The notes beneath the pieces are model-generated. The model made no database searches. It was not told the DNA's origin and was given only the letters and a program-made list of their open reading frames with translations. From an uncultured Verrucomicrobiae bacterium (lineage in GTDB: Bacteria > Verrucomicrobiota > Verrucomicrobiia > Limisphaerales > Palsa-1400), in assembly GCA_963707025.1 (NCBI GenBank), contig CAVPOM010000005.1:416001-480000 (forward strand): a DNA stretch of 64,000 bases. Reading direction: 5' to 3'. Position numbers and translations under genes: made by a program. The first letter of the stretch is position 1. Each line of letters begins with the position of its first letter. This document shows, one piece after another, positions 56,784 through 64,000 of the stretch.

Positions 56784-58604
56784 CTAGCCGCCGGTATTCA
56801 ATACCACAAAAAAAGTGCTGCCCTGGCCGGGGATGCTTTTCACACCGATGCGCCCACCGTGGGCCACCGTGATTTCGCGGGCGATGGGCAATCCCAGCCC
56901 GGCGCCGTTCTTGTCCTGGCCGGGCACGCGGAAAAAGCGGTCGAAGACGCGGGACTGGTATTGCTCCGGAATGCCGGCGCCGTGATCGGTGACGCTGAAT
57001 TCGACGCTCCCTTGCCTGGTCCGCACGGCGCGGAGGATAATCTCGCCGCCCTCGGGGGAGTATTTGACGGCGTTGGCAATGAGGTTGGTAAAAACGTGGT
57101 CCATGCGCTGGCGGTCCACCGAGACAGACGGCAACTGCGGATCAACCACGCAATTGATCTTGATTCCCCTGGCGGACGCGCGGTCGGCCATTTGATCCCT
57201 CATGCTTTGCAGGAGTTCGACCGGGGCGACCTTCTCGCGGCGCAATGCCTCGCTGCCCTCCTCCAGGCGGGCCAGATCCAGCAGATCGTTCAGGATGCGC
57301 AACAACTTCTCGCTGTCGTCGCGCGCCGCCACGAGCAACTCCTCCTGTTTGGGCGTCAGGCCACCCAAAGTTTTTTCGAGCAGCAGATGCAGCCCCATGC
57401 GCACGCTGGTCAGCGGGCTTTTTAATTCGTGGCTGACCGTGGCCACCAGGTTGGTCTTGGCCGAATCGAGCAGACGGAAGCGGGTCACATCCTGAAGCAC
57501 CACGGCCACGCCGAATAACGCGCCTTCGCGGTCCTGCATGGCCAGGACGCGCGGGAGGAAGAATCTATCCGCCCCCTCGAAACGGAAGGTGAGGCCTTCG
57601 GAAAAGTCGTGCGGGAGAAAATTGCGGCCGCTGCTCAAAGCGGATTGGGCGAGGGACTGGAGGCGGACGGGCAGTTCATTGCCGAGTTGGAGCGCGGCAG
57701 ACAGGATGGTGGCGGCGGGATTCTTGAGTTCGATGCCACCTTCTTTGTTCAGCACAAATACCGGGTCGGGGAATGACGCCAGGGTGGCTTCCATGGTCCG
57801 ATGCAGGCGGACAATTTCCGACGTGGTGCTGCGGCGGTATTCCTGGAGCAAGCCGGCCATTTTGTTAAACGCCACGGCCAAAGCGCCCAGTTCATCATTG
57901 GCCAGCACAGGGACGGGTGCGCGCAGATTGCCGTCTCCCAATTCGCGGGTGGCGGCGGTGAGGTTGCGGATGGGCTGCAAAATGGAACGGCCAATCCGGT
58001 AACAGAAAAAAATGGAAAATGCCAGGACCACCGCCAGTCCAAAGGCCATCCAGCGGGTCATCTGGCGCACGGCATTTTGGACGTCATGGTCGGCGGCCAA
58101 AATGGCCTCATAATTCAGGCCGCGAATCTTGCCCAGTTCACTCCGCAAGCCGGCGACCAGGAGCAGAAAGGCCGAGCCCCGCAATTCACCTGTTGCGCCG
58201 GACGCCCGCGGGCGGATCGGGGCCGTGGCCGCGTCGTACAAATCGTGGTAGTCGGACGTCAATTGGCGCACCAAGGCTTGCTCCCCGGGCAGTGGCCGTG
58301 ATTTGGCGAGCAAGGCGAGGTTTTGCTCGAATTGACGGTTGTATTCGGCGAGGGCGTTTGTGGCGCTGTTCGGGCTGCCAGGCCCTGATGGAATAAATCC
58401 CTGCACCCATTCATCCAGGAGGGAGTTGATCGTTTGAATTGCCATGATACTCCGGTAATTTTCCTTCACCTTGGCGTCCACCCGGCCGGCGAGGCGCGAA
58501 AACGAGGCGATAGCGCAGATGCCCATCAGCAAAAACATGGCCACCAACGGCAGCAGGGTTAGAAGCAACCGGGTGCGCAAGGATGAATGCAAGGGCTGGG
58601 TCAT
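56784..58604 (-). CDS. HAMP/PAS sensor histidine kinase (KinB-like)
   Basis: Two TM segments, HAMP DELGALAVAFNKM, SHELKSPL, NLIANAVKY, GAGLGL. Confidence 0.9.
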   Translation of the reverse strand: MTQPLHSSLRTRLLLTLLPLVAMFLLMGICAIASFSRLAGRVDAKVKENYRSIMAIQTINSLLDEWVQGFIPSGPGSPNSATNALAEYNRQFEQNLALLAKSRPLPGEQALVRQLTSDYHDLYDAATAPIRPRASGATGELRGSAFLLLVAGLRSELGKIRGLNYEAILAADHDVQNAVRQMTRWMAFGLAVVLAFSIFFCYRIGRSILQPIRNLTAATRELGDGNLRAPVPVLANDELGALAVAFNKMAGLLQEYRRSTTSEIVRLHRTMEATLASFPDPVFVLNKEGGIELKNPAATILSAALQLGNELPVRLQSLAQSALSSGRNFLPHDFSEGLTFRFEGADRFFLPRVLAMQDREGALFGVAVVLQDVTRFRLLDSAKTNLVATVSHELKSPLTSVRMGLHLLLEKTLGGLTPKQEELLVAARDDSEKLLRILNDLLDLARLEEGSEALRREKVAPVELLQSMRDQMADRASARGIKINCVVDPQLPSVSVDRQRMDHVFTNLIANAVKYSPEGGEIILRAVRTRQGSVEFSVTDHGAGIPEQYQSRVFDRFFRVPGQDKNGAGLGLPIAREITVAHGGRIGVKSIPGQGSTFFVVLNTGG

Positions 58605-58647
58605 GGCGGCTCGATGGCGCGGCGGCGGGCGGCCTGGCTACGCCGGA

Positions 58648-60021
58648 TTACTGTTCAATCCTCTTTCGTTTTCTGTAGAGGGTGGCGGGATTGATGCCGA
58701 GGATGGTGGCGGCTTCCTCCAGGCTGGCAGCCTGGTCAATCACGCGGGCGATGTGTTCGGCTTCCAGTTCCTCCAGCGACACTTTGGCGCCAAGCTGGAC
58801 GCCGCTTTCCACCCCGGCCGCGGGATTTTGGGCAAATTGCTCGGGCAGATCATGAACTTCAATTCTCTCTCCGCACGCCAGGATGACGGCGCGTTCCACC
58901 ACATTCCGCAACTCGCGCAAATTGCCCGGCCAAGCATAATTCCGCAGCGCGGCCTGGGCCTCGGGTGAAAAACACTGGATCGGTTTGGCGCATTGCCGCG
59001 CGAAAAACTCCAGGCAGTTTTGGGCGATTCTCAACGTGTCGCCCGGTCGCGCCCGCAGCGGTGGCAGCGACAGGGAGATGACGTTCAGGCGGTAATAGAG
59101 GTCTTCCCGGAAGCGGCCTTGCTGGACGGCTTCCGGGAGGTTGCGGTTGGTGGCGGCGATGACGCGCACACTGGCTTTGCGGGTTTTCGTTTCTCCGACG
59201 CGCTCGAATTCTTTTTCCTGGAGCAAGCGGAGGAGTTTGGGCTGGATTTCGAGCGGCATTTCGCCGATTTCATCAAGGAAAAGGGTGCCGCCATCCGCCA
59301 CCGTCACCTTGCCCACTTTGTCTCCCACCGCGCCGGTGAAAGCGCCGCGCACATGCCCAAACAACTCGCTTTCCAGCAATTCGCGGGAAAGGCTGGGGCA
59401 GTTGACAGTGACAAACGCATTTTCCTTTTGCAGGCTGCCGGCGTGGAGGGCGCGGGCCAGCACCGATTTGCCGGTGCCGCTCTCACCAAAGAGCAGGATG
59501 GTGGCGGGGGTGGCGGCCGCTTTGAAGGCCAAGTCCAGGACTTTCTGCATGACTGGTTCGCAGGTGGCGAGGTCCGCCGCCGGGGCATCGGAACCGAGCC
59601 GCGATTCCAATTCGGCCAGACGAACCTGCAATTTGCGGCTCTCGACGGCCCGTTCCACCACCTGGCGAAGCTGGCTGGGGGTAAATGGTTTGGCGAGGTA
59701 ATCAACCGCGCCGCGGCGCATTGCTTCCACCGCTGTTTCAATCGTCGCGTAGGCGGTGAAGACAATCACCTGCAAACGCTGGTCGAATTTGAGAAGTTCG
59801 GGAAGGACCTCCAGTCCGTCTTCGTCGCCAAGTTTCAAATCCAGGAACGCGATGTCAAATTGGGCTTCTTCCATTTGTTTCAGCGCGGCCTCACGGCTGC
59901 TGACGCTGGTAATGTGATAACCGATTTCTTCAAAGGCCAGCGAGGTGGTGCGGCGGATATTCTCCTCGTCGTCAATGATCAACAGGCGCATGGCGCCATT
60001 GCCTGCCTTATTCATCCGCAT
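58648..60021 (-). CDS. sigma54-dependent response regulator (AlgB-like; start 60021, 60015 or 59991)
   Basis: LLIIDDE, GESGTGKS, LFGHVRGAFTGA, WPGNLRELRN, HTH. Confidence 0.9.
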   Translation of the reverse strand: MRMNKAGNGAMRLLIIDDEENIRRTTSLAFEEIGYHITSVSSREAALKQMEEAQFDIAFLDLKLGDEDGLEVLPELLKFDQRLQVIVFTAYATIETAVEAMRRGAVDYLAKPFTPSQLRQVVERAVESRKLQVRLAELESRLGSDAPAADLATCEPVMQKVLDLAFKAAATPATILLFGESGTGKSVLARALHAGSLQKENAFVTVNCPSLSRELLESELFGHVRGAFTGAVGDKVGKVTVADGGTLFLDEIGEMPLEIQPKLLRLLQEKEFERVGETKTRKASVRVIAATNRNLPEAVQQGRFREDLYYRLNVISLSLPPLRARPGDTLRIAQNCLEFFARQCAKPIQCFSPEAQAALRNYAWPGNLRELRNVVERAVILACGERIEVHDLPEQFAQNPAAGVESGVQLGAKVSLEELEAEHIARVIDQAASLEEAATILGINPATLYRKRKRIEQ

Positions 60022-60283
60022 ACCGGTTGATTCTAACCCACTTTGCGTCAATCGGCAATCTTTCCATGCCACGGGCCGTGTCTTCATTTGAAAGTCCGGC
60101 AGATTTTTCCATGCAAATCCCTAATTCTCAAGGACTTTTAGGAATGTTTAAGTTGTTCCAAAGTCAATCTGGATGTTCACACTCCCGCCCACCCCTCTCA
60201 ACCATGGGATTTCGGTTGCGACGCTGACACGGCCATCCGCGTATTCGCCGTGGCCGGCCCGCGCCGGCAGCGCGAAGATCTGA

Positions 60284-62623
60284 CTATGGATAAATGGTGC
60301 GGTAGAAGCCCATTCCTCCGCTGGGAGTGTCGGTGTATTGGAAGGCACCGGTGCTGCCAGCGGTCACGCTTGCGCCAGGGATGTCCTGCCAGTTGGCCGG
60401 ATTGATCGTGGGCGAATGCTGCACGCGATAGGTGTAGCCCGGGATGCCAGCCCCATTGATGAGGTAGGAGCCATTGCCAAGACTCGTGATCGTCAGATTT
60501 TGCCCTGCGGAGGCGTCCACTGCAATGGCCACGGTAATCGTTCCCACGGCGCTGCCACCATAGCCGTCGGTAACCGTGTAGGTGAAAGAATCGGCGTTGG
60601 TGAAGCCCTCGGCTGGAGCGTAGAATACCCAGCCATCGGCGACGGTGATGGCGCCGCCGTTGGCGCTCGTCGAACTGGGGGTGATATTGAGCGCATCGCC
60701 GTCGGCGTCGCTGCAGCTCGCCAGTATTGTCGCCAGGCTGACTTTCACGCCCAGGGTCGGGTATCGCTGGATGGTGAGGTTGCCCGCCATGGGCGGCGTA
60801 TTGATGACCTCCGCCGGCGCCAGGGAATTGGTGATGCCGGCGAAGTTCTGATCGCCGGCGTATTCGGCGACCACCGTGTTCGAACCGTGCGGCAGACTGT
60901 TGGTGGCAAACGCAGCCACGCCACCGGACAACGTGCCCGCACCACCGATACTGCCGTTAACACGAAAGTTCACTGTGCCGCTGGGCGCGCCGACGCCAGG
61001 AGGGACAGGGCTGACCGTCACGGTGAACGTCACGTTCGCTCCCGGCAGCGCCGGATTAGACGAAGACACTATCACACCGGTCGTGTTCGCCTGGGCCACG
61101 TTGATCGTCACGGTGGGCGTGGCCGTCGTGTAGTCGGTTGTGTCCGTGGGCGTGAACGTGGCCGAAAGGGTCTGACCGCTGCCCGCGTGCAGGACTGTCC
61201 CGGCCACCGGACTATAAACAAATGCGCCGGGAATATTGGCCGTCGCATCCAGTTGCGTCCCGCTCAAGGCCGTGCCATAGACAATGCCAGCCGGATTGCC
61301 CCACGTAATCACCGGCGCCGCCTGCGCCACGTTAATCGTCACGGTGGGCGTGGCCGTCGTGTAGTCGGTTGTGTCCGTGGGTGTGAACGTGGCCGAAAGG
61401 GTCTGACCGCTGCCCGCGTGCAGGACCGTCCCGGCCACCGGACTATAAACAAATGCGCCGGGAACATTGGCCGTCGCATCCAGTTGCGTCCCGCTCAAGG
61501 CCGTGCCATAGACAATGCCAGCCGGATTGGCCCACGTAATCACTGGCGCCGCCTGGGCCACGTTGATCGTCACGGTGGGCGTGGCCGTCGTGTAGTCGGT
61601 CGTATCCGTGGGTGTGAACGTGGCCGAAAGGGTCTGACCGCTGCCCGCGTGCAGGACTGTCCCGGCCACCGGACTATAAACAAATGCGCCGGGAACGTTG
61701 GCCGTCGCATCCAGTTGTGTCCCGCTCAAGGCCGTGCCATAGACAATCCCCGCCGGATTCGCCCACGTAATCACTGGCGCCGCCTGCGCCACGTTGATCG
61801 TCACGTTGGTTGTGACCGGTAGAAAAGTTGTGGTGTCTGTTGGGGTAAAGGTGACAGAGAGCGTCTGACCGGAACCGGCATTCAAGATTGTGCCGGCAGC
61901 GGGGGTGTAAGTGAAGGTGCCGGGCACATTGGTCGAGTCGTAAGTCGCGGTGGCGTTCAATTGCGAGGCTCCAAGCGCCGTGCCATAAACGATGCCCGCC
62001 GGATTCGCCCAGGCCAGCGTTGGATAAACCTGACCGACAATGGTCAGCGACCATTCCGTAAGCTCGTTGGTGCCGCCCGACTGGAGGTCGGCCAGGAAAA
62101 GTGTCCATTGGCCGGCGGCGTTAAGGCCGTTGAAATTTGCCAGCGCGGTGGTGCGCGGCGAGGTGTCCAGGACGGTGGCCGGGTCCACATTCCGGTCGTC
62201 CGGTTGCCAGGTGCCGGTGAGCGGCGAGCCAGCCGCGGGCGTCGTCTTGTTCTGATAGAGATGAATGTCCCCGTTGGCCGCGCTGTCCTGAAAAGTCACG
62301 TCGAAGCCGCTGTCGGCATATCCTGCAGGATTGGCGGCAGTCTCGCCCGGACGATTGAGGAGCACAGTAAAGCCACTGGCGTGGGTCACGTAACCGTAGA
62401 GGTCGCCGTTGAATTCGCCGGTGGTCTTGAGATGCACCGTCATGGAGGTGATGTTGCCGATGGCTGAATTGAGGGTGCGCACCTCGCTCAGACCGGAAGG
62501 GTTGCCGTCCGGCACCAGGCGGTTGGTGGTGAAGGTGTAGGTTTCGGTGGTTTGCGCTTGAAGGAGCGGCGGTGTGGCCGCTCCAAGGAGCATTAACAGG
62601 AATAGGATTGTCAGTTTCTTCAT
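60284..62623 (-). CDS. Secreted repetitive surface protein (P-domain-like N-terminus, MBG-like and Ig-like repeats)
   Basis: Signal peptide MKKLTILFLL; GQWTLFLAD; 77-aa repeats; Ig-like domain; ends GFYRTIYP. Confidence 0.8.
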   Translation of the reverse strand: MKKLTILFLLMLLGAATPPLLQAQTTETYTFTTNRLVPDGNPSGLSEVRTLNSAIGNITSMTVHLKTTGEFNGDLYGYVTHASGFTVLLNRPGETAANPAGYADSGFDVTFQDSAANGDIHLYQNKTTPAAGSPLTGTWQPDDRNVDPATVLDTSPRTTALANFNGLNAAGQWTLFLADLQSGGTNELTEWSLTIVGQVYPTLAWANPAGIVYGTALGASQLNATATYDSTNVPGTFTYTPAAGTILNAGSGQTLSVTFTPTDTTTFLPVTTNVTINVAQAAPVITWANPAGIVYGTALSGTQLDATANVPGAFVYSPVAGTVLHAGSGQTLSATFTPTDTTDYTTATPTVTINVAQAAPVITWANPAGIVYGTALSGTQLDATANVPGAFVYSPVAGTVLHAGSGQTLSATFTPTDTTDYTTATPTVTINVAQAAPVITWGNPAGIVYGTALSGTQLDATANIPGAFVYSPVAGTVLHAGSGQTLSATFTPTDTTDYTTATPTVTINVAQANTTGVIVSSSNPALPGANVTFTVTVSPVPPGVGAPSGTVNFRVNGSIGGAGTLSGGVAAFATNSLPHGSNTVVAEYAGDQNFAGITNSLAPAEVINTPPMAGNLTIQRYPTLGVKVSLATILASCSDADGDALNITPSSTSANGGAITVADGWVFYAPAEGFTNADSFTYTVTDGYGGSAVGTITVAIAVDASAGQNLTITSLGNGSYLINGAGIPGYTYRVQHSPTINPANWQDIPGASVTAGSTGAFQYTDTPSGGMGFYRTIYP
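61094..61786 (-). repeat. Three near-identical 231-bp tandem coding repeats, plus a diverged fourth to ~62030
   Basis: Same register at 61090, 61321, 61552, 61783. Confidence 0.9.
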
Positions 62624-62728
62624 AAGCGGGGTGATTTGAGGTTCGTGGCGCGGGGCGGTTGTTGCCGCGCGCAACCGGGCGTCAATAAGGTCGAAAGCAA
62701 AATGGTTGGTGATGGTCGTTTTCATAAC

Positions 62729-64000
62729 TCAAGGATAGGTCGAGCGATAAAACCCCGCGGGCAAGCCGCTGCCTGGGGAATTGGTGAACCCAAACGCGCC
62801 GGTGGCGTTGGCCGTGCTTGTCCCCAGCGTCTGCCAGACAGGGGCCTGGAGACTTTCGGCGTATTGAACGGTATAAGTGCGTCCCGGTATGGCCTGAAAT
62901 TGGATGAGAGCAGCGCCATTGCCGAGATCTGCGACGGCCACAATGTTTTGCGACTGGCCAAGATCAACTGGCACGGTGACCCAGACTGGTCCAGCGGCTT
63001 GGGCTCCTTCACTGTCCGCGATCACATAGGAGAAAGCGTCGGAGTTGGTGAATCCCGCCAGCGGCGTGTAGAAAATCCAGTTGCCGCTGACGACGACAGT
63101 CCCTCCATTGGTGCTCTCCGGCCCGGCGGAAAGGAGCGTCAAAACGCCGCTGTCGGGACCGGTGTTGTCCGCCAGCAAAGTGGCGACGCTGACTTTCGCT
63201 CCGCTCTCCGGGTAGCGCTGCAACACGACGTTCATGGCGGCCGGCGGCGAGTTAATGGTTTGATTTGGGCTTAGGCTGGCGGTGCTGCCAAGGAAATTGC
63301 CGTCGCCCGGGTATTGGGCGCTGATGGCGTGCGTGCCGGGCGAAAGCGAAGCGGTGCTGATGCCGGCCACGCCGCCGGCCAGGGCAACGGGAGGACCGAG
63401 GGGCGCGCTGTCGGCGTAGAATTGCACCGTGCCCGTGGGCGTTTCGCTGCCGGGAGCAACCGCCGTCAAGGTGGCGGTAAAGGTGACATTCGAGCCTGTC
63501 AACGATGGATTGGCCGAGGACGAAACAGCGCCGGCCAGCTGGCAGGCGTAATCGCCAGTTGGCCGTTGTTGAAATTGAAAGTATAATTGCTCGCGCTCAG
63601 TGTGCCGTTGGCCGCCACAATCGAATAGGGACTGCCCGCCACGCTGCTGGTTGCGGTCGCGCTCGTGCTCAGGCCCGGACTGCCGGCCAGGACACCGGGG
63701 CCGTCTCCATTGACAAAGCCGCTGTAGCTGGCGGTGAAGGCCGGATTGCCCTGGCCATAGACCCGGGTGGCGTTGTTGGCCGTGACACTCAGAGGCGCCT
63801 GGGACACCGTCAAGCTGACAGAGTCGGTCACGCTGTTGTAATCGAAGGTGTCGTTCGGAGTGAAGACCACCGACAGGACGTGGCTACCCGCGTTCAATAC
63901 CGCGCCGGCCGCCGGGTTATAGGCGAAAGTCCCGGGCACACTCGCCGTCGCGTTCAATTGGCTGGCGCTCAGGGCCGTGCCATAGACGACGCCGGTTGGA
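62729..64000 (-). CDS. 3' part of a large MBG/Ig-repeat surface protein; frameshift near 63538
   Basis: TRVYGQGNPAFTASYSGFVNGD (MBG); ITPAS joins AGAVSSSANPSLTGSN in another frame; ends GFYRSTYP. Confidence 0.75.

Noticed and set aside
7705..60030. Long antisense ORFs (e.g. 7705-9120, 12292-14298, 31425-33788, 42233-44707, 58993-60030)
   Set aside because: Shadow frames of well-supported genes in high-GC DNA.
61094..61786. CRISPR or other non-coding array
   Set aside because: Repeats are 231-bp in-frame coding units without spacers; no cas genes seen.
4899..63540. Single-base frameshifts (~4899, ~7460, ~15590, ~63538, perhaps ~14690 and ~46865) as programmed frameshifting or pseudogenes
   Set aside because: They are scattered over unrelated, otherwise intact genes in GC-rich stretches with no slippery heptamer. 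Assembly indels are more likely; reads are needed.

Overview
GC-rich bacterial chromosome segment. Protein styles (PQQ-like propellers, C-terminal 'FYR' domains, RGG-rich secreted hydrolases) suggest Verrucomicrobiota, which is an inference. In order: a PQQ-like beta-propeller gene (partial) and marR; a two-gene cassette of a RadC-N-terminal/HhH protein and a DNA methylase with a C-terminal nuclease-like domain; a second PQQ-like gene; a ~19 kb gas-vesicle locus (sigma54 activator, Hsp20/GvpH, CDC48, GvpF/L, kinase, receiver, gvpA, gvpC-like, a 2-gene insert, then gvpN, V-like, F/L, G, tandem ArsA/Get3 ATPase, a GvpJ-type/GvpK fusion, gvpJ) in which gvpA and gvpN are each preceded by a copy of one sigma54 promoter/enhancer module; GH116; an ArsR/rhodanese/CoA-disulfide reductase unit; a thiH-thiS operon; an M28 peptidase; tRNA-Pro(GGG). 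After the tRNA lies a decayed island with two rhamnosidases and orphan RHS toxin/immunity modules, one split by an IS4 element. The RHS block is bounded by TGACCCC motifs, one of which is the end of a Y1/HUH transposase remnant. The window ends with two paralogous sigma54 regulators, a kinase and repetitive surface proteins. Several single-base frameshifts look like assembly indels. All calls are by-eye motif recognition; no searches were run.
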